64,000 nt of DNA from Octopus vulgaris (taxonomy: Eukaryota): the NCBI GenBank assembly GCA_951406725.2, contig OX597834.1:17174001-17238000 (forward strand), read 5' to 3'. Numbering within the stretch: position 1 is the first letter of the stretch; each line of letters opens with the position of its first letter. Below the pieces are notes generated by a model. The model did not search any database, was not told the origin of the DNA, and saw only the letters and a program-made list of their open reading frames with translations. A program made the translations under genes and the position numbers. This document shows positions 12,206-24,452 of the stretch, one piece after another.

Positions 12206-13819
12206 ATCCGTTTTGTCCTAATGTATATAGGACTATATTATCCAGTGTGTTTACTCTTCCTTTAAGGTGATAGGGAATGATTTGAGGTAGATTTTGCTAT
12301 TAATTCTTGGAAGTCAAGCAACTGTCTCAAGGAGCAAAGCAAAAATCATGTGAGAAGCTGTTCGACTTGTCAGTTGGTCTTTAGAAATTCAAATCGTACA
12401 TTGTTTGTGTGTTATTTACTTAGTAACAGAGTGTAGGAGGGTAAATTTCTCAGGGTTGGACATGAAAAATGGGATTGGGTGGATGAAAAATTGGGTCACT
12501 TTGAATGGGTATGCATGTGTGTGTATCTCTCTCTCTCTCTCTTAGCAAGAAATATGTAATAACAATACTATACAATAAAGTCTATTTGCCAATCCAAAGT
12601 GGCATGACTTTTTAGCCCCGGGAAAACATAGACTTCACTGTACAGTACTGTTACTACATATTTCTTGCTCAGGGATTTAAAACTAGTTGTTTTTCTCTTT
12701 ACGAGATCAGTGACTGTGTGTCGCTTTAAAAGTATATATTGTGCGCAAGAGCGAGTGGCTGCTATTTCTAGCTGGCAGTTGTCCTGTACCAATGAAGGGA
12801 AATTACCTAGAAACCATTGGTCTACAGGTTTCGCTATGGCTAGAAAGTCTGTTTGACCCATGCAAACTTGGAAAAGCGGACATTAAAATGATGATGATGC
12901 TACAAAGCAGAGGGGACTGTTTAGCCTTAAGACAATCTCTTTATAACCAGCAGCATGGTAAAATGTACCCAGTTTGTGGCAAGAGTGTGAGACATACCAG
13001 TCTGTGTCAGAATAGAAAAACAGATGTATGTTGATGATGATGGTTGACTGAGCTTTTAAGTATTATTATCTTATCTAGGGACACAATGCATACTCAAACT
13101 ATTAACTCTTTGACTCTTTTGTGTGTGACTTCTATAAAAGAAACTTGCAAATGCTAAATAAAATAAACAAGCAGCGAGGTCTCTTAGTAGTGGAGAGAAA
13201 TATGAATATGAATATAAAGAAATGATTTAGATCAAAAGCTTGCATGTGTGAATATGGATATCAGATTTCAATCTCCTGGGGCCCCAGATCAAGTTACATG
13301 TTTGCCAGCTTTGAAAAAAATCTACCACCACCTCAATATTAATAAATCGCAACTTCTATGAGTGCGTGCGCACACACACTCATACTTATATATATGTGCA
13401 CGCATACATGCATGCTGTGCATTTGCAGACTATTGAAAAAAATTATTTTGCTTTAAGTAGAAAGTGTTCCATTTTTTTCCCCCCCTTCTTTGTAAGGAAG
13501 ATGCAGTCAAATGAATCACCTTTATATTGGTGCTTATTTTATTGACCTCAGAATAAAAGGTAAAAGCCAACCTCAGAAAGATTTTAAACTCAGAACAATG
13601 CAGAAACGAATAGTAACACACATATGATAAATCTCTAGCACTGTATTGGTTTGCTCTACTGTTAGGAAAAAAAATTGTTTTATCCCTATTCGATTTGCAA
13701 GTGTACTGGTTCTTTGAATGGAAAGCTAACAGAATAGGGAAGCTGGAGATAGGAACTTTGCTAATAATAAACTGCTTAGTTTCATGTATTAGAATATTTT
13801 TATCCCCCTCCATCACCAC

Positions 13820-13863
<44 letters not shown>

Positions 13864-14927
13864 CGATGATGATGATGATAAATATAGAAAGAAAAAGAGG
13901 TGTTCTACAATGAAGATTTAATATCGAGTGAATTTAAACTGCCAAAAAAATTTTTTGTAATATGCTTTATGTGTATAGTAGAGGAATTTTTAGTTGAATT
14001 AAATCCTACTGCCAATCCTCAAATCAAACATGTTGATTCTGAAAGCCAAAGAAGATCAATAAAAGCTGAATACTATTGATTATTAATTTTTTTTTCTCTG
14101 TGGTGCTTCATGGGAAGGGACAAATTCCTCATACTGTAGTATAATATATTTTAAGAATTACTGAGTCAATTTGGTCTTCTTTTGATTTCACATGTCACAG
14201 TTTGTATATTGCATTTAAATTTAGATTTTTCTATGCTGAGATATAGATGAAAGAATTGGTTTTGAAAGCTGTTTATGTGAGGTTTGACTCCTCATGGATC
14301 ATGGTCAAATGTCTTGTATTGCCATACTGGCTGGGTTGGGTGGGACTACCACAGCATTACAGCCCTGCATTTGTAGCAGTCCCTTGGCATTGTGTTAATG
14401 AGATCCATCACCTCAAGGTTAAGGTCCACCACTTTTACATTTTCCTCAGCCCCACTACTCCCTCCCACTCGAAAATTTGTCATCTTTCATAAGCATCATG
14501 TGTCTGTACAGCACAGTCTTTTGAATACATCAGCTGATTCCTCCTGTGGTGCCCGTTTTTAATTCATCTGTCTTCCACTTCAACAGAAAACTTCCAACTA
14601 AGCTAATATCACTGTGTAGGAACGAAAGGTTTGATAAGGAATTAAATTTAGTTTCAATCTTCTTGGCAAATGAAGGAGAGTGCAATAAAATAATTATCAG
14701 TAACCCATATACTTCGTTCAATTCTATCAAATGTATCCTCTCCCTTTAGAAGATTGGACCTGCACAACAGTTCCACGATACATCTCACAGATGATCTGAG
14801 ATGCTTCATCTGTGATTTTCTAGGGTCTTGGAGGATTTCAAGTTTTTCAACATCAAACCCCTCCCTAACTCAGTTGACTTGGCCAATGTTGAACCAGTCC
14901 CAGCTTGCATCTCAATAGTTGCAAACC

Positions 14928-15157
14928 TATTTCTTTATTACCCACAAGGGGCTAAACATAGAGGGGACAAACAAGGACAGACATAGGTATTAAGTCGATT
15001 ACATCGACCCCAGTGCGTAACTGGTACTTAATTTATCAACCTCGAAAGGATGAAAGGCAAAGTCGACCTTGGCGGAATTTGAACTCAGAACGTAACAGCA
15101 GACGAAATACGGCTACGCATTTCGCCCGGCGTGCTAACGATTCTGCCAGCTCGCCGC
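14928..15157 (-). mobile_element. Full-length young family-B SINE with 20-bp TSD
   Basis: TSD catctcaatagttgcaaacc at 14908-14927 and 15158-15177; near-identical to 7908-8140. Confidence 0.92.
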
Positions 15158-16489
15158 CATCTCAATAGTTGCAAACCACCAGCTTGCTTTCTCTATCTGG
15201 AGCCATCTGGTAACCTTCCCTTGGCTTTGGTAATGGAATTTATGTCCCTCCTTTTACCCGCACCAATTACTCCAATTTCAGTCGGGGCTTTACAGAATGA
15301 AGATAGGACTTGCATAAGGACACTATATATTTTTTCGCTACTTTTGCGGATTCTCATGACTCTCTATCCCCCTTGCAATTCCATTATTATGAATTTGAAT
15401 TGGGAACATGAGTCATAGTGAGTCTTTCATCAGCTGATTGCACAACCATGGATGTGTTGCAGTTACTCTCTTGATAGAGCTTGGTGGTCCTGATTGTCGA
15501 TCTTCTAAGGATTCCTCCACTCAACATCAGTATAGGAAGCGCTGTTGGCTCAGTTGAGCTCTTTTGCTACCTCTTCACAATCCACTATGCTGCAGTCCCA
15601 TGACTTCACCACATCCATGGCAGGGTGGCTGAACCAATGCCTTGCCAAAGGGCAGTCCGTAACTACGCAGGGCATGGTTGTCACTTTGTGGGGTATTTTC
15701 AAAATACCCACATACCCAAAATATATATTTAGAAGTAAGTTGAAGAGACGAGTAAGCTTCTGTTGAGTCAAGGTTTTGATTGTTCAGTTCTAACTATCAG
15801 AGATATATTTTCATGCGTGTTAGAAATTATTATCCTGATTCTTTTCCCCCTCTTTGCACGAATTAATTCAATCTTTCATCTTGTCTCAGATGAGTTTTCT
15901 TGTTTATTCTAAGCTCTAAACTAATTATTGTTTCTTAATTTTAGTCAGCCTCAAGCATTTATTTGACTTCTCTCCCTCGTATTAGCATGGATTGAATGGT
16001 TCTGTGAGTTTCGATGCCTTGCATGCACTGACTACACTAACCCACCAGCTGTGAACATACAAGTACAGTACTTTGTTGATCTGTTCACTCTATAAATCTG
16101 AGGATTTTATTTTTATTTATGAGACATGCAGTGACTGAGTGGCTCCCAGTTCTTGTATGTGTTGTTATGTGTTTCAGGACAAAACACTCAATTCCATTTG
16201 CTGTATTACTTCATGCTTTTAGAAGAAAACAGTTGTTCACAATATTCTCTGTTGTATAAAAGCAGATACTAACCTAAATTGGATTCTGGTTCTTCTTTCA
16301 AGGAATATATTTCTAACAAATTTTCATTTCTTCCTTTAGTTTATTTTCTTTAACTCTCTCTCTCTCTCTCTCTCTCATTCTTTGTTTATACTTCACTAGG
16401 TAATTTACAATTGATTTATTAATAGAAATTTTTTTAGGTTACAAATATAGATCAATTTTTTTTAACATGTATATATGTACCCTTGTGTA

Positions 16490-16521
<32 letters not shown>

Positions 16522-17110
16522 CACACACACATATATGCATATATACATAGATTTATGCACACACACATATATCCATGCATATGCAATTTAGAATTTTTTT
16601 CTTTTAATTTTGTAAGATTCCCCTGAAGCCAAGCTTCACCTTGATTCCTGTTAGTGTACTAATCAAAGATATAATTCTAAATGTGAGCATCCATTGTTAG
16701 GACATTGGCCAATGATTGCATATTTTTTTTGTAACTTAAGTATAGGCCACGAAAGTTAATTGAAAAGAATATTCTCTTATGTGTGTGTGTGTGTGTGTGT
16801 GTTTTTTAAGTAAATGCAATGAAGCTATGTATTCACTATCATCCTGAAAATAACCTATACTTGGCTGGATATGATTATCATTTACCTAATTGGTGAAGAG
16901 TGGAAAGTGTAGATTGGTGGTAGTGGTGGGGAACCCAGTTTGATCATTCAGTTAATCTAGGATCTTTCTCTCTACCCACATTTATGTACTGTGAAAGTGA
17001 AAATGGCTGCATGGATAATATTGAATCATCAACCACTAGGTACTGAGTGCAACAGTCATGCTGCAGGTACACTGTATGGAGCATGGTGAACTCAGTCAGA
17101 TACTCAATGT

Positions 17111-17377
17111 CTATCTATCTATCCGCTCAGTCGAAGTCGACTCTCGGTTACTCGTTGGATCAGTGTCCTCCAGTCAGTTCTATCCTGGGCCGCTTCTTTC
17201 AGATTAGCCATGTCCATTCCGGTATCCCTCTTGATGGTGTCAAGCCATCGGGTTCTTGGTCGGCCTCTTCCTCTCTTGCCACTGACCATTCTGAGCATGA
17301 TGTCCTTCTCAGGGATTTTCTCTGCATAATATGACCGAAATATGCCAATCTATGCTTGGTGATCCTAGCTTCTAGGA
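17111..17377 (-). mobile_element. 5'-truncated RTE-clade LINE (ORF2 C-terminus plus (GATA)n tail)
   Basis: Minus-strand LEARITKHRLAYFGHIMQR, then frameshifted ..GMVSGKRGRGRPRTRWLDTIK.., the typical RTE/BovB-like ORF2 end. TSD tcaatgt at 17104-17110 and 17378-17384. Confidence 0.85.
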
Positions 17378-17754
17378 TCAATGTATTTGATGGCTTATAA
17401 AACCTGCTCTTTTATTTTAAAAGATAAAGATAGCTGGAAAAACATCTTAGCCCTATATGCAAAGTTGCACCTATATTACATGCATAGATGCAATAAAAGC
17501 TTTTATCCCTGAAACTTGGTGGTGGTGGGGGGTTGATATACCCATTTGCTTTTTTGTGTCATTTTACAGTATCTGTTGAATGCAATAGCAGCAGTATTAA
17601 ATCAAAATAGCCATCTATGTATCATAATTAATGTAAGTGCATCATTGGAAGATAAATTTACTATGATATTCATCCAGAGATAGCATCTCTTATGAACATG
17701 CTGTGTTTAAAAAGTATAATATTCAACAGTAGGAAACAAAATCAATCCCAGCAG

Positions 17755-19494
17755 TGGCAGAATTGTTAGAATCCCTGACAAAATGCTTAGCAGCATTTTG
17801 TCTGTCCTTATATTCTGAGTTCAAATTCTGCCAGAGATGACTCTACCTTTCATCCTTTTGGACTCGATAAAATATGATCAGTGTCATCCACTATTTCTCT
17901 CCCAACAAATTTCAGGCCTTGTACTTATAGTAGAAAGGATATAATTATATGATAATTTATTTATGATATAATCAGATAATCTATGCTAATTTATTATCAT
18001 ACTGAGCCACTGCTGAGATGATTTCTATCTCCCTCTATAATATACTATGTTTTTAAAAAGCACATCCGTAAGAGAGATTATTTTAGGATGAATACTGCAG
18101 TAAATAGGTTGTTCAATTATGTATTTGCATTATGATTCATCAATGTTCAAATCTTACTGGAGTTGACTTAGCATTTTCAAAGTAAGCTTACTTATTAATT
18201 AATCCGAATAATCTTCTGGGGTCAGTTTAACACTTCAGCATTCATATTGCTCTATCAAATATAATATATATTTGTTCACATTGTTTTTAATTAATCATGT
18301 GTTGTGTTGTAACTTCAAGGTTTCATTAATGATTGTTTATTTTTAATGAGACATTGTAGGGTAGGTGTGAAAGGCCAGATCTGGTTTGAACATAGAACAG
18401 GTAGAATGTCTGGGCTGGATAGGACCACTTTGAGTGCAAATGGCTAAATGCCTTATACGTTAACAATACAAAAGTTGGTCTTGTATCCAGGCAAATGAAA
18501 TAAATACTTTCCTTGCTCTGTACAAGTGTGGCAAATTGTATTTGCTTGTCTTTTTGTATAAAACGGATATGTGGCATTCATACTCCTCTATGGGCATTAA
18601 TAACGAGAGTGAGTCAGTAAAGGGGATTAAAACTAAGACTGACAATGTGATCATCACAAATCTAATCTCTAGTCAGTCAGTCACCACTTTCTCATAATTA
18701 ACATACTGTTAATTCAGATATCATTAAGAAGTCTTTATTTAGCAGAGAAGATAGAGTTTAACAGAAAATTTATGTGATAGCCATCACGTAAAATTTTTTT
18801 GTTTGTTATTTATATATATTGAACATATATTAGTCATTATTATTATATTATTATTATTATTTTTATTATTATCATTCGTCTGCTGCTACGTTCTGAGGTC
18901 AAAGTCCACCAGGGTCAACTTTGCCTTTCATCCTTTCAGGGTCGATGAAATGAGTACCTTTTACACACTGGGGTCAATGTCCCCTTCCCACAACTTTCAG
19001 GCTTTGTGCCTTCAGTAGAAAGGATTATTATTATTATTGTTGTGGATCATTAGCACACTGGGCGAAATGCTTCGTGGTATTTTGTCTGCCACTACATTCG
19101 AAGTTCAAATTCCGCTGAGGTTGTCTTTGCCTTTCATCCTTTTGGGGTCACTAAATTAAGTCAATGTAATTGACTAACCCCCTCCCCCAATTTTCAGGCC
19201 TTGTACCTAAGTAGAAAAGATTGTTGTTATTGTTGTTATGCCAGCAAGCTGGCAGAATTGTTAGAATCCCTGACAAAATGCTTAGCAGCATTTTGTCTGG
19301 CCTTATATTCTGAGTTCAAATTCTGCCAAAGATAACTCTACCTTTCATCCTTTTGGGCTCGATAAGATATGATCAGTGTCATCCACTATCTCTCTCCCAA
19401 CAAATTTCAGGCCTTGTACCTATAGTAGAAAGGATAATTATATGATAATTTATTTATGATATAATCAGATTGTATATGCTAATTTATTATCATA
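17755..19494 (+). repeat. Local direct duplication of ~245 bp (17755-18001 and 19250-19494)
   Basis: Both copies share SINE sequence with the same private variants plus the same unique AT-rich 3' flank (ataattatatgataatttatttatgatataatcagat...gctaatttattatcata). Confidence 0.85.
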
Positions 19495-20441
19495 AAATAT
19501 CATTGAAGAGAATTTGGCTCCTATTTCTACCAGTCAAATTGGTTGGTGTATTACATAGATCTACATTTGCTCCTAAATTTATTGTTTTTGTAGGCACCTG
19601 GGGTGCAACAGACTGACTGACCACTTAGTTTTGATTAGAACTGTTTGAAATTGTTAATGGGATTGGATCAGAGAACAAACAAACAAACATTGTAACTTCC
19701 CAACCTTCTTGTCTTCGTTGTTATTGTCGTCTCCCTCGCCTCATCTCACCCTCAGACTTTCATATTTATGCAAACAAACAAATGATCATCTCCGTCAACA
19801 TCATTTCCAGATATTAAATTACTCAATTAGCAGCATTTTTTAAAAATACTATTTTTTCTTTTTTATACTAATGAAATTTCTATATCTCCAGGCGTTGAAT
19901 CTAATGCTTTTTCTTACTAATTCTGTTGTCTTGTTCTGTCAGGTATTTTAGCTACATTATACCACTGTAAAATATAATGAAACTCTTCTCCACGTTGTTA
20001 CATAGAAATACGCAAAAAAAAAAAAAACACTACTCATTTGATTTTCAATATTTACTCATAATATTTACTCATAATCAAACTCTCTCATGCACCAAATGGC
20101 AATTGCTAAAAAAGCATTCGTGAAGTAAAATCATGTAGCAACACCAAATGGCGGTGCCCCAGCATGGCCACAGCTCATAAGCTGAAACTAGATAAAATAA
20201 AATAAAAATAAATTAAAATAAAATAAATAAAATAATGGAAATTGTATGGATGCGTATATTATTGAGTACTGCTGTACTTTTGAAGATGTTCCTTTTTGTT
20301 TTGTTTTTTTTTGTTTCACATGTTTGTCATTATTTGATGGAAAAAAAAATACATGAACTTTTTTGTGTTTTGTTGATGTTTTTTTTTTTAACCAGTGCTT
20401 TGGCATCTTGATTTTAACCTGAAAACTTTTCCTTCTAACAG

Positions 20442-20501
20442 CAATTTGCACAAGGAAAGTCTGAAAGACTTTCTGATGGAGATTCCGATGACAAAGATAG
20501 G
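20442..20501 (+). CDS. Candidate 60-nt epsin linker exon (QFAQGKSERLSDGDSDDKDR)
   Basis: Branch-like ttttaac, then cttttccttctaacag acceptor. Stop-free, purine-rich 60 nt in phase 0. Donor AGG|gtaaat. Charged S/D-rich peptide typical of a disordered linker. TGCATG lies ~150 nt downstream (20649-20654). Confidence 0.6.
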
Positions 20502-21557
20502 GTAAATAAACTTCGTTTTAGTAGTCTGCCTGTCTGCTTGGTATTTCTCTGGTCTATTGGTCAGTAATTAGTTATATGTATATATATTTTTGGTGTATCT
20601 AGGTATTTGTTATATTGCTTTTGTTGTGACTTATATGTCTGTGGCCACTGCATGTTGTCGTCAATTTACATAGCCAAAAGATAAGCATGGTTCATTGGGA
20701 ATTGCAACATTTTAAAATGTATTTCAGTCTCTAACTTTATTCCATTTCACAGTTTTTATAATATAAATAACAATTCTTTTTTTAATTTATATATAATCTT
20801 GTATATTTGTGTGTGTGTGTGTGTGTGTGTTATATATTGGAGCCTGGTGCTGCCATCTGGTTCACCAGTTCGCAGTTAAATCGTCCAACTCATGCTAGCA
20901 TGGAAAGCGGACACTAACTGATGATGATTATATATATATATATATATAACAAAATAATAAATAAAACATATGCATATATACATACATATATGTACGTACC
21001 TACATCTATATGTATATATACATGCATATATCGGTACAGGACACCAAAAAAACGTTAAACACAAAACAGAACCATGGAAACGGACATTTTTTTAAACAAC
21101 GGAAAAACAGAGTACAAGGCATACAACACAAGGAAAATTCCCCTTCTTCAGCCGCCTCCGTTTCGTCTACTCCATGTTATATATATATAAATTGTTGTAT
21201 GAGGTGGGGTTGAATAAATTATATTTGTGTAATCATATTTAAAATGTCCCAGTCTCTTTGGTTATGAAAAGGCCATCTGCTTTGGAGATAGTCTCAGGAG
21301 AAAATTCTTGTTAACATGTGTGCAAGTACATTTTTGGGCTGTGGACGAGGTCATTGGATCATTAGTTAGGTGATAGAGCAAAGGGACTCAGAGATGCATG
21401 AAATCCTACAATGTAGTGACACCATTCACTGCCCCTAATGAGTTTTCACGCAGGAGGAGGAGGAGAATTTTCTCCCAGGACTATTTCTGCAGTGGAAGGT
21501 CTTATTATGTCTGAATCTACTTGAACATGTTAAATATAGCTTTACACATATGAATGA

Positions 21558-21637
<80 letters not shown>

Positions 21638-21922
21638 GCATACATAAACACATGAATGCTGAGTAGGAAGAAGTTTATTGCTTCAGATTGACCAATACCT
21701 TGTGGTTAAAATTTTGTATCTGGAAACTGTGCAGAAACCTGTTGTGTGTACGTGTGTGTATCCTTGCTTGTGTTTATGTTTACATGGGTCTGAAAAACAA
21801 AACAAAAAAACTTCTTTATATTGGGTCACTTTATGTCCTTATGTGATTTAACAGTTTGACAAATAGAGAACAATGAAATGAATACCAGACTGGAACAAGA
21901 ATTTGAGTTGATGAAACAAAGA

Positions 21923-21972
<50 letters not shown>

Positions 21973-22599
21973 TACACTTTCTTTATATATCAGCAGAAAT
22001 TTTAGGATGCTATGAAAACATCTAACAAGATCCCTATTCTTGTATTCCTTCATTCTATTGTCGCATATCATTGTTTCTCTATCTAGAATGAGAGAAAGTA
22101 AATTTGTTTTATGTATATATATATATATATCTTATATATCAGTTGCATGAATTTCTCTTGAAAGTTCTTAAAATATTTCCTCACAATGCATTTTTGCATC
22201 CATTTCATAAAATATTCTTTTCTTTCTGTATATTTTAAGAGACTCTCAAAATTCTTCATGACAATTTTTTTTTTCTTTTTTAAAAGAAGTTACTATTATA
22301 GGGGAGGAGGGGTGAGAAATATTTTGATTGTCAATTATCAGAATCAACATTCAGTGTATCAGCATCAATACACTAATCTTATTCCTGTACAGATTATGTT
22401 TTATTAATGAAACCAGTTTAAAATTAAATTAAGGTTCTAAGCTATGTTTAATCCAGGAATGACTAACCCTCTCCAAATCCACTCATCCAAATTATCAGTT
22501 TGCCTCAGTTGGAAAAATCCAAGAACAACATCCTCATCATTAGGTGTCATCTACCCATGGCAGGTTCAATACCAAGGATCTCCATTCTTACACATTCAC

Positions 22600-23700
22600 C
22601 ATATGATAGGTTTGTCCAGTTCTTGATGTTATCAAACCAGTTTGTTTTAGATCTTCCTTTTGAGTGTTTGCCATCTGTCTTTCCCTTTAGTAATGGTTTT
22701 TACTTCTCTTACTATGTAATCAAAGTACTTTAGCTTTCTTTTCTTTTAATAATTGAGAGTAATGATCTTTTTCTTCTTGCTAGTTTGACATTCTTTTCTA
22801 TGTCAACATTTCAAAAACTTCTAGTTTGTCAGCGTTTTCATCAATGTCCTTCACCAGGTTACAGTAATTTAGTCCAGTCCTTGATGTTATCAAATCAGTT
22901 CTTTCTAGGTCTTCTTCTTGAATGTTTGCCATTTATCTTACCTTGTAGTAATAATCTTTATTCTTAATACATTAACAAAGTGCTTTAGCTTCCATCTTTA
23001 ACCCTTTAACATTTAAACTGGCCATATCCGGCCAAAAGTATTCTATCTGTTTTATGTTCAAACTGGCCAGATCTTGTCTCTCACACCAACCCTACAATAT
23101 TGTTTTAAAAATTAACAGCTACCTCATCAAAATCTCATAGCTACAAGATAATGCATGATTAGTTCAAAACAATGTGGATAAAAAAGGATTAATTTTGGCA
23201 GAATAATGCGAACACTAAAGGGTTAATACTTGAGAGCTTAACATTCTTCTGTGCAGCCACATTTCAAAAGCTTTATCAGAGCATTTATCAAATGCCCATG
23301 TTTCTCTGCACCATATAGTAGTGAGGACCATATGTAGCATTAAAAATAGCCTTTTTCTTGTTACATGTTTTTACTGTAACACCATCTAGTGTTTTTGTAA
23401 TACAGTGACACTGGAGTTACACAAAGTCACTTCAGACCGAAACCTTGTGTTAGTAAAGTTACACAAAGACCATCCTGGAATAGAAATATGCATCGGCATA
23501 AAAATTCATATCGACTCTAGGCATTTCGTCATATTCTAGAGACAATGACATTTAAATCTGTCTTCTGTTAAATCTCTTAAGCAATCTCTATAGGTTATCT
23601 ATAGAATTTAGATCCAGTACCGAAAGTTACATCATTTCATATACAAATATGTCTGTGTAAACAATGCAATCAAAGATGGAAAATTATGGTAATGTGGTGC
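22600..23700 (-). mobile_element. Degenerate RTE-clade LINE relic with a duplicated 3' segment, interrupted by a piggyBac MITE
   Basis: Minus-strand peptides CYIWSSLLYGA.ETWA..KAFEMWLHRRML (~23230-23345), LLQGKINGKHSRRRPRKN*FDNIKDWT (~22870-22960) and LLKGKTDGKHSKGRSKTNWFDNIKNWT (~22610-22700). Confidence 0.75.
23002..23222. mobile_element. piggyBac-type MITE
   Basis: TTAA|CCCTTTA...TAAAGGG|TTAA termini. Second copy at 30023-30242; older copies near 18226-18455(-), 26374-26590 and 50612-50790. Confidence 0.9.
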
Positions 23701-23912
23701 TGAGGAAGCAGCAATAATTCCTAAAATATACATACACAACCATTATCTATATTTTCTATGTTCAATCACATTTTTCTACGTAGATGTATTTGTATTGAAA
23801 TGATGTAACTTGCAGTGTTGGCTCTAAATTCTATAGAAAATCTGTTGAGGTAACTTACAAGTGATTGCTTCACACTAACACAAAAGTAGGGCACAGTACT
23901 TGGTAGTATATT

Positions 23913-24235
23913 CATCATCGTTTAGCGTCTGCTTTCCATGCTGGCATGGGTTGGACGGTGCAACTGGGGTCTGGGAAGCCAGAAGGCTGCACCAGGCCCA
24001 GTCTGATCTGGCAATGTTTCTATGGCTGGATGCCCTTCCTAACGCCAACCACTCCATGAGTGTAGTGGGTGCTTTTTATGTGCCAGACAAGGCTGGCAAA
24101 CAGCCACGATCGGATGGTGCCTTTTACGTGCCACCGGCACAGAAGCCAGCTGGGGCGGCGCTAGCAACGGCCACGTTCGGATGGTTCTCTTATGTGCCAC
24201 CGACACTGGTATCACAGCTACAATTTCCATTGATG
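23913..24235 (-). mobile_element. Retroposon family D
   Basis: Near-identical to 2925-3270 and to the reverse complement of 61696-61866. Confidence 0.8.
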
Positions 24236-24352
24236 TTTTTATGGTTGCAAAATGAAATACAGTATCCCTATCAGCAATTAATATTTATAAAATCTATTTT
24301 CCTATTTCATTCACCCTTTGGATGCTTCATTGGAAAATGAACCCTTACTGCA

Positions 24353-24452
24353 TGGGAACCAAGTATACTTAGTTCCATGTATGTGCACTCGAGACATGAG
24401 AACCAAGTATATTCAGTTCTGTGCTTGTGCACTTGAAACTTGGGAACCAAGT
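24353..24452 (+). repeat. Short tandem repeat, ~44-bp unit, ~2.3 copies
   Basis: catgggaaccaagtatacttagttcc... / catgagaaccaagtatattcagttct... / cttgggaaccaagt. Confidence 0.7.

Noticed and set aside
14250-15770. Possible old LINE ORF1/gag relic (minus-strand PRDCYKC near 14370-14390)
   Set aside because: Too degenerate to assign by eye; it needs a translated search against TE protein libraries.
21110-21180. cttcttcag / gtttcg motifs as a hammerhead ribozyme
   Set aside because: On the minus strand GAAAC precedes CTGAAGA with only 8 nt between them, too short for stems III and I.
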